Source: Candidatus Poribacteria bacterium
GTDB lineage: Bacteria > Poribacteria > WGA-4E > PCPOR2b
Direction of reading: 5' to 3'
Assembly (NCBI GenBank): GCA_965208675.1
Contig: OZ242351.1
Location: 672,001 to 736,000 of the forward strand
DNA: 64,000 nucleotides
How positions within the stretch are numbered: position 1 is the first letter of the stretch; the number at the start of each line of letters is the position of its first letter. The notes under the pieces were generated by a model, which worked only from the letters and a program-made list of their open reading frames with translations, ran no database searches and was not told where the DNA came from. Made by a program: the position numbers and the translations under genes. This document shows positions 10,031 through 20,632 of this stretch, one piece after another.

Positions 10031-10147
10031 AAACGACGCATACGCCGCACCTACAGTTCATCTAACCGCGACCTGGTCGTTTTTGAAATAGACCGCTTTT
10101 GGGCTGAGAATGTGACAATTACCGCTCATCCCATGGAGGACAAAACC

Positions 10148-11167
10148 ATGCGAGCCGCACGACTGCACCGAATTGGCGGGTTGCTACAGATAGATGAGGT
10201 GCCTACGCCGGAAATCGGCGACGACGAGGTGCTGGTACAGACCAAAACGTGCGGCGTTTGCCGGACTGATCTCCACAAAATTGATGGGCTGGGTCACCTG
10301 CAAGCACTGCCGCACACGCTCGGACATGAGGCTGCCGGTATTGTAGCTCAAACTGGCCGCAATGTAACGAGTTTGGAAGTGGGGCAACCTGTTGTTCCGC
10401 ACGATTTCTTTTCTTGCGGACAGTGCTACTATTGCCGGGTTGGCCGCGATCCGCTCTGTGTTCAACCCAAGGTTTTTGGCTCAACCGTCAACGGCGGGTT
10501 TGCCGACTATTTTGCGGCGCCCACGAAGAATCTGTTTGTTTTGCCTGAACACACGCCATTTGAGCAGGCGGGCCTGATTAGTTGCGCCGTAATCACCGCG
10601 CTGCACGCCTTCCGCCGATCTGAACTGTGCTTTAATGACACTGCGGTAGTATTGGGCGCTGGCAACGTTGGACAAAACCTAATTCAGATTCTTAAACTTG
10701 CCCGCCTACAAGTGATCGCAATTGACCGTTCGGAAGCCAAATTGCAAATCGCCAGCCAACTCGGCGCAGATCTTGTTCTCAATGCGGATGCTGTCGATGC
10801 AACTCAGCAAATTAAGGAATTCGCAGGCGGCGATGGCGTCCAAGGTGTTTTCGATGTCGTCGGTCTTTCTTCGACATTAAAAACAGCCGCAGATTATGTT
10901 ATGCGCGGCGGGCGAATAGTCGTGATTGGCGAGGAACCGGAATTTCCGATGATTGACTCCACCCAAATCGCGCAACGGGAGCTGGAGATTATCGGATCGC
11001 GTAATGGTTCGCGCCAGGATATCATTGATGCCATTTCCATGGTGGGTGCCGGTATGATCACACCGTTGATTGCTCACCGGTTTCCGCTGGAGGACATTAA
11101 CGAAGCACTGGCACTCATGCGCGGTGGGGAGGCGGAAGGTAAAATTGTCATTGAGGTCTCTGAATAA
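10148..11167 (+). CDS. Zn-dependent alcohol dehydrogenase (MDR)
   Basis: CGVCRTD, LGHE, CGQCYYC...C, GAGNVG; GGAGG RBS. Confidence 0.9.
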   Translation: MRAARLHRIGGLLQIDEVPTPEIGDDEVLVQTKTCGVCRTDLHKIDGLGHLQALPHTLGHEAAGIVAQTGRNVTSLEVGQPVVPHDFFSCGQCYYCRVGRDPLCVQPKVFGSTVNGGFADYFAAPTKNLFVLPEHTPFEQAGLISCAVITALHAFRRSELCFNDTAVVLGAGNVGQNLIQILKLARLQVIAIDRSEAKLQIASQLGADLVLNADAVDATQQIKEFAGGDGVQGVFDVVGLSSTLKTAADYVMRGGRIVVIGEEPEFPMIDSTQIAQRELEIIGSRNGSRQDIIDAISMVGAGMITPLIAHRFPLEDINEALALMRGGEAEGKIVIEVSE

Positions 11168-11236
11168 ATACAAGCGGAACCGAACTTACCCAAAACATTT
11201 TCGGTTTATATTGTGAAAATTTGAAAGGAGAGTCGG

Positions 11237-12121
11237 ATGGACAAGCTCATTATCACAGTCACTGTCGACTCGACTGTGTCATATCCTAGCAACTACTTGT
11301 GTCCGCCGCAACGGGACCTAGACAAGGTCGCGGCAGAATATATTCGCGCAGTTAACGCCGGGGCAAGTATCACCCACATTCACGGTGTGCGTTCCCTTGA
11401 GCGTGAAATTCAAGCTGATGGGCGCCAAGTATCAAAACTTGATTTTGAGGGCTGGAGGGGATTGCAAGAACGAATCAAAGCCAGTTGCAATCCAGTCATG
11501 CAATTTGGCGTCGCTAGTGCCAGAATAGAAGAGAAGGTCAACCTGATGAACCTCGAGCCTGATATGATGTCGATTGCCTTCAACGCGCACGATGAATTCT
11601 TCCAGCCTGACCCCAGCTACCCGCCCAACGAGATGTACGCGTCGCATCCCAGAGATGAGTTAGCTGCCTACGGCCGTGCGGCGATTGAACACGGGGTAAA
11701 GATTGAAGTCGAGTCGTTTCAAACGGGAGCATTTTGGAACATAAAGTTCATTGCCGACCAAGGGCTGCTTCCAGAGCCAATCTGGACAACCCTTTTGGTT
11801 GGTTGGAAAGGGGGTTGTTGGACGCCTCCCACACCGAAGGCGTTGATAAACATGGTGGAGCATCTGCCTACGGAATTCAAGATTAACTGGAATCTCAGTG
11901 TGATGGATGCACCCACACACTGGCAACTGTTAACCTTGGCAATTATGCTAGGGGGGCATGTCCGCGTAGGCTGGGAAGACAATCCATACTTGCAGGATGG
12001 TTCACTGGCTAAGACCAATGCCGTGTTGGTCGAGAAGATTGTACGCATCGCCCGTGAACTTGGGCGCGAGATTGCAACGCCGGACGAAGCTCGCCAGATT
12101 ATCGGTATTGCCGAACTATGA
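11237..12121 (+). CDS. Beta-keto acid cleavage enzyme (BKACE/DUF849)
   Basis: KLIITV, AGASITHIH, GGHVRVGWEDN, REIATPDEAR. Confidence 0.9.
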   Translation: MDKLIITVTVDSTVSYPSNYLCPPQRDLDKVAAEYIRAVNAGASITHIHGVRSLEREIQADGRQVSKLDFEGWRGLQERIKASCNPVMQFGVASARIEEKVNLMNLEPDMMSIAFNAHDEFFQPDPSYPPNEMYASHPRDELAAYGRAAIEHGVKIEVESFQTGAFWNIKFIADQGLLPEPIWTTLLVGWKGGCWTPPTPKALINMVEHLPTEFKINWNLSVMDAPTHWQLLTLAIMLGGHVRVGWEDNPYLQDGSLAKTNAVLVEKIVRIARELGREIATPDEARQIIGIAEL

Positions 12122-12149
12122 CTTTGCCATAATATTCTAATGAGTGTTC

Positions 12150-13090
12150 ATGGTCTAGTCCTCCTTGGTAGGGCGGGGAACAGAAACTCGGGAAGGCCAA
12201 CAACCAACTAACCGCACCGTGCAGTATTGTCGGGAAAGGGATTTCCCTCCCACAGGGGCATGAGGTGCAAGATTGCCGGGATAAGGAATTCCCTCTTAAA
12301 GGATCAATGTCTTGCCGGTTGGGAAACGTCAACGGATAAATTTAAGGCTTATCTGCTGTCGGGAGGTTTGAAAAGCGTTGGGTTTCGCTTCATGCATACA
12401 GGTATTAAACTGAATCGACAGACTATAATCACGCTGCATAGTTTACATTTTACATGAAACTCGCTCTACCCAACCTACACAAAAAAAACTATCGCCCTCC
12501 CCTAATCGGTCAGTTAATCCTCCTTGGTAAGGAGGGGATTAAGGACAAGCAATCTTTCCACTTCCAAAGGGCAAGCGAGACCCAATAACCAACTACCCAC
12601 AGCGTACATCATGGTCGAGTTGGAATTTCCTCCTACAGGTGTAAGTGGTTGGAATGATCTACGAATCGCGGCACGCTACGGTTAGTTGAATCTCGATTAT
12701 CGGGAAAAGTATTTCCCTCCCACAGGGGCATATTCTGCGGCATTAATAGGTTGGGCAGAGCCAATGGTGAAAGTCAACGTTTTCTGCCGACGAGAGGTTT
12801 GAAAAGCGTTGGGTTTCGCTTCACGCACACAAGCATTAAACTGAATCGACAAACTATGCGCATTCCGTATAGTTTACATGATTCATGAAACCCGCTCTAC
12901 CCAACCTACAATCCAACAGTCAACTACGCGCATTGCGCTGGATTGTCAGGAATTGCAATTCCCTCGAACAGGCAAAAGGCGGTAGGAGCGATCTCTGAAT
13001 TGTGACGCATTCGGGTCATGCGGTTATTGGATAATCGGGAAAGGGATTTCCCTCCCACAGGGGGCTTGTAGTGCAGGATTGTCGGAATTT
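12150..13090. repeat. Large REP-like mosaic including a ~120-bp direct duplication
   Basis: GAGGTTTGAAAAGCGTTGGGTTTCGC...CGCTCTACCCAACCTAC at about 12363-12479 and 12795-12909; 12980-13060 nearly identical to 140-220. Confidence 0.85.
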
Positions 13091-13094
13091 CCGC

Positions 13095-16000
13095 CTACAG
13101 GTTTGCCGCGGGTAAGGTTTCAAAGTTTATCTCACCAGCCGGATGTTTGTATTTTATGAAGATGATATCCTTTTCTTCACGATATAGCCAACCGGACTCG
13201 ACTGATTCAAGGTTTTCAACAACGGTTATTTCATGATCTTGCGCGCGAATTGCGGCAGGATTTCCGCCGTAACCCGCAATTATGGTATAACTTGTTTCAT
13301 ATTGAACATACCTCAGCTTAAAATTCAACTTCGTAGATTCATCGCATTCAACTTGCTCGATTTTAGCTCCAGTGCTGAGGTGGATTCGCCCATTTTCACC
13401 GCGAATGATAGCCGTCGAAATGTCGGGATCTAATCCGCGGAGCGCGTACAAGTTTGCCATGATATTCTCCGGGTTAAGGTGTGGACCGCGCCTTTCAGCG
13501 CCGAAGCCGTAGAAGGCGTCAGGATATGTGCCTTTGAATTCACCCTCAGTCCACTGCTGATGCATGGCGCTCACTGTGATCCCCTCTGCAATTTTCGACC
13601 AAGGTTCCCGACTGCTATGTCGCGCAAGCCGTTGGAGATAATAGGCGTAGACCAATCCATTCCACTGGACAGGGACACCGAACCAAGGATGAGTGTGGAA
13701 GGTGGTTCCAAAAACGGGTATAGAGGCGAACCGCATTCCGGGGCGACTTGGCAAATTCCAATGGTAGAGGAATGGCAATCCTGTTGCAGCCCAGTATTCG
13801 GCGGGCGTCAATTCGTTCCTTTCGCCGGTAATCTCATAGCCTTCAATATACGCCCCCACAGCGTAGGCCGCGGCAAGAAGATCGGGTTGGTAGATAGGAC
13901 ACTCCCACACCTGCGCGCCTCGCGGGATTCGAAACCGCTCCATGAACCTCAGCGCCTTGAGGCCTGACGCCAATGACCGTTCGTTCCCCGTGACCCTTGC
14001 ATGTTTTAACAACATAAATGCCGAATGTGCACAAATACCCAAAACCGTATCGCCTGTTTCTCCCAGTGTTTTTGTCCGATCGGTGGTCGGGTTAAACCGC
14101 CAGCTTCCATTACTCTCCTGGGAATCTATTAATGCTTTCGTTACCGTATTGAGTTGTTCCAAGTTTGCTTCGAGGTGCCCGTAGTAGAAGGGAAACTCCC
14201 ACTTCAATATGTGGCATAAAGCGGGCGAGATTAAACTCCCCACTCCCGATTCACGGATCGTATTTTCCGCAATCTCGACAACGCGCTGCCTAACCGATTC
14301 ATCTCTTGATGCAAGGTAATCATACCACAATAAGGTTGCAAACCCTGGCGCATTTGCCGGCTGCCAATCAACGCAATGCCGGGATTTTCCCGTTTCACCG
14401 TCCCAGACAGTCTTCATGAACCCGTGCCGAGAAAGCATTAGCTCCTCTTCGTCGCTGCGCGGCGCATCTAAGGGCTCAGGCATACCGTAAGCCGCGGTCC
14501 ACATAGATATTGCGTCCAATATAGAGGCATTGCCATCAAGGATTATCTGCGCCTTGAGCGTAATCGCGTGTTTTGGCTCCATGGCGTATGGTGTAGATGC
14601 TTCCATACAATTCTCGTCCACCCAATGAGGCGGCGTCGGCAAGAACAGTCCCATCAGATGATTCTTCTGATGCATATACCAATTTGGGGAAGCAAATACT
14701 GCTGATAATGTATTGTGTTCACCGTCCCACGTTTCTAACGGATTCCAAATTAAGCCCACAAGAGATTTATCATGTTCAACCGCCATTAGCGGAATGGTTA
14801 CTTTGTATGGGTGCGGTACAAGGCGGTTGTTCAGCGGCGGCAAGGCGTCACGCGTGTTTGACGATGATTCACCGTTCTCCAAGAATTCTAAACCCGGGAA
14901 AAGGGCAGCGTTTTTGCCATTGCCAAACGTTCCGTCCCCGGCGTAAAGCATAGGGCCGTTAAATGCAACCAACTCCCGTTTTTCATTTGCCGTGAGCCGA
15001 TTTTCGATTTTCAGGTACTTGGAATCGGCTCGCAACGAATACCGCCCTTCATAGGACCAAATCACACCATCATCGTCCTTTTCTTCCCAAGTCAGGAGGA
15101 CAATTGAATCACCGCGATTATTTCCCGACAGGCGATAGGCGGCCGGAGTTACTCGGATGTGCTCAGCATTCCCGTTTGAATCTCGATGGCGAATTTCCGA
15201 GACGGCATTGCAGACGGCAACTTGCCGGTAATGCCCGTTTTTCGCAACGAAAAACATGCAATATTCAAAACCCTCGTATCCTCTTACGAAGAGTGCGCGT
15301 AAGTTTTGGTTCTCGGTGATTACGTGCCCATCTAGTTCAAAAGTATGTAATTCTGGAGAAATTTCTGTGGGTAATTTGGGGATTCCTGGCCGTACTTCAA
15401 ACGCTTTCTCCACGGTGTGCTGCATTTCGCCTTGCGCAGTTTGGAATCTAAGCGAAGCGGACATTGACGCCGTCGTACGTCGGGAAAAACTCCGAATTTG
15501 CCACACCAGCGTGGATTCTTCACCAGGATTGAGCGGTTTGATGGATCGCGTGTGATGCCCGCGTCTCAGTTTAATTCGATTAAGTGAAATACTTGCCCGA
15601 TTGGTCGTTACAAGGGGAACTAAACCGTTATTTCGAACCGTACATTGGACTTCAAACTCGTCACCGGCCGTAATTAGCGCCGTAGTTGGACCGATATCTA
15701 CAATGTCCAATTTTGCTTGCTCAGCATAAAGCTGAAGCGCTGCGATCGGTACGTCGGCATTATAACCCTGTACCGATTGGCCAACGATTTTCACAATCTC
15801 GGAAATTGGCGTGAAAGCGTCCAAGACAAATTCCGATGCCAATAATGCAGGGGTATCCTTAGCTGATGAGCTTAAAGCGATCCCACGTATCATTTCGGGT
15901 TCTGATCCGCCTGCTTCTGGCATTAATGGCGTACGAGTCAGTTTAAGTAGCCGCGGATTTCCCCATACAGCCCAATCGTAGTTAGTGTTGCCCGCCCCGT

Positions 16001-16838
16001 TGCAATTGGTTAAAAATACAACTTGGATTGTGCTCCCGGATTCTTTGGTCACATTTAGAACATGTTCTTCCCAACGGCACGCATTTGAAAAACCTTCAAA
16101 GTGTTGTTCCCCTGAAATCTCGATTGTAAACCGGACTCCGTCGGGCTTTGCCGTAGCATTATCAAAATCGACACCGTCCCTTAAGCCGATGCTGAAATGC
16201 AGCATGAGTTGTTCATCGGGGGCTGAATCCGGCAGTCTCAGTTCATATTCAATTCTTGCATCACCGTCGGCACGGGGGTGCTCAAAAATCGCAGCCTTCT
16301 TTACTCCGCCGGCACTGTCTTGGGTGTTTACGGCGGCTTGCTCGACATTACTTACTCGGCTGTTCGGAAATTCGTTGACAAAGTTGTAGATTTCGTCGAG
16401 AACACCGATTTCTAGCGGCATCTCAACCTCCGGCTCAGCTTGAATGCTGTGCGTGTCTTCGCCGGTTTCTACATTGGCGGCGTGCCGTTCGTCATCCATC
16501 TCTGCTTCATCTAAACTCCCGCGTTCTGCATCGTCGGAAGGTAGGTTCTGATTGACTTGAGTTCCAGATTCTGTCGCCTCAATAGCTGGTGAGTCTACCG
16601 CCGCTTGCTCGCCCGTTGTTTCTTCAGCTTCCACAAGCCTTTCACACGAATCTACTTTCTCGGTACTCTGAGTATGTCCGTCTTCTGATTCCCTCTCATA
16701 GAAATCATCTCTACCTGCTGTCCTTTTTTCTGCCAATTTATCCCGGCGATCGTCCTCATCAGGCGGAGTTTTCGCACCCGCTTCGGTATTATCAGTGTGC
16801 ATCATTAGCGCCATAAGCATTTGAAAGGTTATACTCAT
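13095..16838 (-). CDS. Large hypothetical protein (acidic N-terminus, beta-sandwich and CARDB-like modules, probable alpha/alpha-barrel C-terminus)
   Basis: About 1247-aa ORF with GGAGG RBS 7 nt before ATG 16838; V.CTVRNNG..L.PGEE CARDB-like motif. Confidence 0.7.
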   Translation of the reverse strand: MSITFQMLMALMMHTDNTEAGAKTPPDEDDRRDKLAEKRTAGRDDFYERESEDGHTQSTEKVDSCERLVEAEETTGEQAAVDSPAIEATESGTQVNQNLPSDDAERGSLDEAEMDDERHAANVETGEDTHSIQAEPEVEMPLEIGVLDEIYNFVNEFPNSRVSNVEQAAVNTQDSAGGVKKAAIFEHPRADGDARIEYELRLPDSAPDEQLMLHFSIGLRDGVDFDNATAKPDGVRFTIEISGEQHFEGFSNACRWEEHVLNVTKESGSTIQVVFLTNCNGAGNTNYDWAVWGNPRLLKLTRTPLMPEAGGSEPEMIRGIALSSSAKDTPALLASEFVLDAFTPISEIVKIVGQSVQGYNADVPIAALQLYAEQAKLDIVDIGPTTALITAGDEFEVQCTVRNNGLVPLVTTNRASISLNRIKLRRGHHTRSIKPLNPGEESTLVWQIRSFSRRTTASMSASLRFQTAQGEMQHTVEKAFEVRPGIPKLPTEISPELHTFELDGHVITENQNLRALFVRGYEGFEYCMFFVAKNGHYRQVAVCNAVSEIRHRDSNGNAEHIRVTPAAYRLSGNNRGDSIVLLTWEEKDDDGVIWSYEGRYSLRADSKYLKIENRLTANEKRELVAFNGPMLYAGDGTFGNGKNAALFPGLEFLENGESSSNTRDALPPLNNRLVPHPYKVTIPLMAVEHDKSLVGLIWNPLETWDGEHNTLSAVFASPNWYMHQKNHLMGLFLPTPPHWVDENCMEASTPYAMEPKHAITLKAQIILDGNASILDAISMWTAAYGMPEPLDAPRSDEEELMLSRHGFMKTVWDGETGKSRHCVDWQPANAPGFATLLWYDYLASRDESVRQRVVEIAENTIRESGVGSLISPALCHILKWEFPFYYGHLEANLEQLNTVTKALIDSQESNGSWRFNPTTDRTKTLGETGDTVLGICAHSAFMLLKHARVTGNERSLASGLKALRFMERFRIPRGAQVWECPIYQPDLLAAAYAVGAYIEGYEITGERNELTPAEYWAATGLPFLYHWNLPSRPGMRFASIPVFGTTFHTHPWFGVPVQWNGLVYAYYLQRLARHSSREPWSKIAEGITVSAMHQQWTEGEFKGTYPDAFYGFGAERRGPHLNPENIMANLYALRGLDPDISTAIIRGENGRIHLSTGAKIEQVECDESTKLNFKLRYVQYETSYTIIAGYGGNPAAIRAQDHEITVVENLESVESGWLYREEKDIIFIKYKHPAGEINFETLPAANL

Positions 16839-17122
16839 CCTCAATCCTCCAAAACAAATGTTACATTTCTACATTACACTTCATTTTTTGACTTCGCGAA
16901 AATTTTCTATTTGTATCTTTCCTTTGAAAATTGTATTACGAAACTGTGTCCAATCCTACATACATAAGTATAACATAGATGAAGCGGAGATTAAAACAAA
17001 GAGTATGAGAGATTGAAAATGCGGAATTGGTGAAACAATATGGCGGCGTAATCAAGGAATTTTGATGAATCCTTTTATTTACTTTTCCGAATTCTTTTAT
17101 GCTTTTAAGTTTCTATTTTCTA

Positions 17123-17131
17123 TGCTATAAT
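17123..17131 (+). promoter_or_regulatory. Extended -10 promoter
   Basis: TGCTATAAT in an AT-rich intergenic region. Confidence 0.5.
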
Positions 17132-17340
17132 GGATTTATTTAGAATCCAGAGCGGTCTGGATGTGCATGTCGTGCAGTCAGCGAATCCTTGCGAGGTTCT
17201 ATCATAACACGAGGAACCTTTGCAAGATTGTTCGTTATTGACCATTAAATTAATTACTTGAAATCGTCCTGAAGTCACTGGCATAAATTTGCGGAGCGGC
17301 GGTTTTCATAGCTAAATAGAAAAGTCAAGGAGAATTGATA

Positions 17341-17781
17341 ATGGCAGGAATTATTCCGACAATCAGTTCAGGCGTTGCGGGGCCGCTAGGTGTAATTCAC
17401 CTTCCACGACTGTGGTCTAAGGTCATCTTGAGCGCCACGGGTCAACTTGCAGATGATTATGATGAATGCGGTATGGGATTCGATCAGATGGTTCTTGATG
17501 GGTTGGGAATTGATCGCGAAGCGGCACTCCAATACCTTAAGGACAACGTTCCGACATACCCGCAATTTGAGAATTGGGTAATCGAACAAAACGGCGGGAG
17601 TATCGATCAGGCGACTATTGATAGTCTGAATGCGGATATCAGAGGCTACAACCACGCTGATGAGACGCGCGAATCAATCCTCGGCGCAGCGGGTATTGAT
17701 GACGATGGTTCAATCCCAGACGCGGTAAATCTCAATAATCTCGACGATTGGACTGAGTTTCACGCTTCATTAACGAGTTAG
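17341..17781 (+). CDS. DUF5069-like protein
   Basis: GPLGVIHLPRLWSK, FDQMVLDGLGID motifs; AAGGAG RBS. Confidence 0.65.
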   Translation: MAGIIPTISSGVAGPLGVIHLPRLWSKVILSATGQLADDYDECGMGFDQMVLDGLGIDREAALQYLKDNVPTYPQFENWVIEQNGGSIDQATIDSLNADIRGYNHADETRESILGAAGIDDDGSIPDAVNLNNLDDWTEFHASLTS

Positions 17782-17789
17782 CCGCGGCT

Positions 17790-17823
17790 AAACAAGTCGG
17801 GGTTCAGTACGCTGTACCCCGAC
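17790..17823. terminator. Hairpin terminator, U-rich tail on minus strand
   Basis: GTCGGGGT...ACCCCGAC preceded by AAACAA. Confidence 0.55.
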
Positions 17824-18158
17824 ACACCGGTTCATTAGTTGTTATTCGGGTGTCTAATGTAGGAAACTATAAGACTACTCTGGCAGCTTTAATTCCCTCG
17901 GATTGTTGTGTATTATTGATGGTTCTTAACTACTCACATTTTCAGAAAGGCATCACCATTTGGGGACAACAGTCGTTACCGGGAAAGGAGGTACCCGCAT
18001 TTTTCAGGTCCTACCATGAGATGGCAACAATGCATTTCAACTTCGGTTTTAACCTATAAGGATACTGTTGCCATTTTTGTTTCTATACATTGATTTTCCT
18101 GCGGGCAAATTTGACTTAACTGATTGGCTCGATTAGGTGGGACGAATGCGGAGTTATT

Positions 18159-18605
18159 ATGAAATGGAATTTCATTTCGAAAATCTTTGATGGTGCAGTA
18201 GGTATCGAAAGAACATATAACGATTGCGACAAAGCGCTCAAAGAGTTGGGCAAATACAACGAGCGAATTGAGGAAATGCAGGAAAACAGTGAGGATATAA
18301 ATAGTATTCCTGAATCTGAAAAAGCTGCACTAGACGAAATTGTCGACTACGCCATAGAGCGGGCAAAGAAGTTACTTAGCAAAGAATCCGAGCGCAATTG
18401 GCCGGGGGTTTTCAGGGAAATGCACAAAAACCTGGCAAATATGTATTTTGAGCGGGGTGATTACGAGAAAGTGCCGGAAGAATGTGAACAGCTCAGTAAT
18501 TACGGCGAAGTCGGGCGTCAAGAAGCACAGGAAATAATGCAAAAACTGCAAGATAAACAAGCCGAAAACTCCGGCAACGCTGAAGAACAGGTTTCATCAG
18601 TGTAG
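18159..18605 (+). CDS. Hypothetical helical protein with TPR-like motif
   Basis: HKNLANMYFERGDYEK; 3 bp from the next gene. Confidence 0.65.
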   Translation: MKWNFISKIFDGAVGIERTYNDCDKALKELGKYNERIEEMQENSEDINSIPESEKAALDEIVDYAIERAKKLLSKESERNWPGVFREMHKNLANMYFERGDYEKVPEECEQLSNYGEVGRQEAQEIMQKLQDKQAENSGNAEEQVSSV

Positions 18606-18608
18606 ATA

Positions 18609-20537
18609 ATGTATTTCCTGAATCCTTCCGCCTTTTATCTCTTGGCGTTCATTCCCATCGTGGCATTTCTGCATTTCCTCAAGCTTCGCCGCCAACGACT
18701 CATCGTGCCGAGTGTGATGCTTTGGCTTGAAGCCGTTGAGGATATGAAGGCGAATGTCCCTTTCCAAAAGTTGCAAAACTCGTTTTTACTACCGTTACAG
18801 ATTCTATTTCTATTAATTGCCATTGCGGGTATTGCACGTCCCGCACTGCGCCAACCCGGTGCCCTGACCGATCAGTCGATTGTTATCATTGATACGTCCA
18901 CCAGTATGCTGGCAACTGATTCCGGAAAAAGCCGGTTTGATGCAGCAAAGACGGAAGCTCTGAAACTCATAAATCTGCTTGATGCGAACGGTAATATGAT
19001 GATTATGGACACTTCCCCTCCATCAAGCAATGTGGTTCAGGCTTTTACGTCAGATAAGGAAAAACTTCGCCTCGAAGTCAAAAACCTTTTCGTACGGCAT
19101 GGCCCGCCAAGCTTAAAGGCTGTATTTGACTCCGCCCAGATTTATGGGAATCTGCCGAACACTCGTGTATTCTTTATTAGTGACAACTGCCGTGACTTGC
19201 CCTCTACGGCACAACAAATGTCGCTGCATTGCCAAGATATTGCGTTGGGCAACTCGATTGAAAATGTCGGAATCGTACGATTTAGCGTAGCACGGGACGC
19301 ACACCGATCGAGTTTGTACCGGATTCTTGTGGTGTTGCAAAATTTTGCAGAATCTCCAAGGCAGGTACAAGTGAGACTTGAAATCGAAGGACGATGGGTC
19401 AATGATGAAACGATTACTATTGGGCCGAGGGAAACGAAATCGAGTGTTTTTATTGAAGAAGACGAGGGGTTTGACGGCCAGACAATCAGCGCCCGCCTCG
19501 TTAATGTTAGCGACGACCTTCCATTTGACGACGCAGCATATGCGATTTTGCAGCCGCCGCCGGAGTGGAAAATACTACTCGTTAGCGACAGAGAACAACC
19601 GTTACTGACGACTATGCTGGACACAAACCCGTACGTGGTGTTTTCGCAGATTCGTACTGGGGATTACCATGGAACAGCAGATTGGGATTTTGTGATTTTC
19701 GATCAGTTCGTACCTAATCTTCCTCTCAACGGGAACGTTATTTACCTGAACCCTGTTGCGGGGTTGCCCTTTATGCCGGCGGAATCCAATGCGCAACCGC
19801 AAAGCGTAATATATCAAAACCAAATCCACCCCGTGATGCGAAATGTCTCGTTGCTTGGCTTGAATGTTAGGGAATCGTTGATTTGCGAAATGCCCATTTG
19901 GGGGATCCCGCTCGCGGAAACAGCAAAGGCCCCGCTGATTTGGCTTGGTACACTGATAGATCGAAGTGAGTTTTCGCACTGGAACAAAACACAAAAGGTG
20001 ATCGTTTTCGCTTTCGACCCGTTTGATCTCGAAATCTCGCGTTTTGCTTTGTACGACCGGTCAATCGCTTCCGCCCCGATTCTGATGACGCAGTGTTTTG
20101 AGTGGCTCGATGCAGCAACGGCACCGATTCAGCCCGATGTTGTCAAGGCAGGCGAGCCTGTAAAAATCCGCCTCGACCATCCTGATACCGTGGAGAAGGT
20201 GACAATTCAATTGCCTGACGAGACATCAATAGATTTGGAGATAGACGATTCAACATTTTTATTTACCGAAACCTACCAAATTGGTGTTTATTTACTATAC
20301 CTCAATGCTCGGCCATGGGGAAAATTTGCTGTAAATCTTCTTGATGCAGAGGAATCAGATTTATCCTTGGGAGGACAACCTCAGGCGGCTGAAGGCGTTG
20401 AGGATGGTGAAACAGCTACTGTGAGCCGATATGAAATGCAAGGCGTCAATCAGGAACTTTGGGGCTTTGCAGCAATTGCCGCGCTGCTGCTGCTCGTCGT
20501 GGAATGGTGGTTTTATCACCGAAACTTGCGACGTTAG
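18609..20537 (+). CDS. BatA N-terminal + vWA domain membrane protein
   Basis: FLNP..LAFIP..H, IARP, IIDTSTSM (MIDAS-like), C-terminal LLLVVEWW. Confidence 0.85.
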   Translation: MYFLNPSAFYLLAFIPIVAFLHFLKLRRQRLIVPSVMLWLEAVEDMKANVPFQKLQNSFLLPLQILFLLIAIAGIARPALRQPGALTDQSIVIIDTSTSMLATDSGKSRFDAAKTEALKLINLLDANGNMMIMDTSPPSSNVVQAFTSDKEKLRLEVKNLFVRHGPPSLKAVFDSAQIYGNLPNTRVFFISDNCRDLPSTAQQMSLHCQDIALGNSIENVGIVRFSVARDAHRSSLYRILVVLQNFAESPRQVQVRLEIEGRWVNDETITIGPRETKSSVFIEEDEGFDGQTISARLVNVSDDLPFDDAAYAILQPPPEWKILLVSDREQPLLTTMLDTNPYVVFSQIRTGDYHGTADWDFVIFDQFVPNLPLNGNVIYLNPVAGLPFMPAESNAQPQSVIYQNQIHPVMRNVSLLGLNVRESLICEMPIWGIPLAETAKAPLIWLGTLIDRSEFSHWNKTQKVIVFAFDPFDLEISRFALYDRSIASAPILMTQCFEWLDAATAPIQPDVVKAGEPVKIRLDHPDTVEKVTIQLPDETSIDLEIDDSTFLFTETYQIGVYLLYLNARPWGKFAVNLLDAEESDLSLGGQPQAAEGVEDGETATVSRYEMQGVNQELWGFAAIAALLLLVVEWWFYHRNLRR

Positions 20538-20632
20538 CACAACTTGTCCCTCCGTTGGATGTTGGTATTCATCTAAGCCTATTCGACATTGGAATTCTAG
20601 TAATTGAGGCAGCACTAGGTACATCACGCCTA

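Noticed and set aside
18022-18059. Phe-rich mini-ORF MATMHFNFGFNL as an attenuator leader
   Set aside because: No properly spaced RBS, no antiterminator found, downstream genes unrelated to Phe
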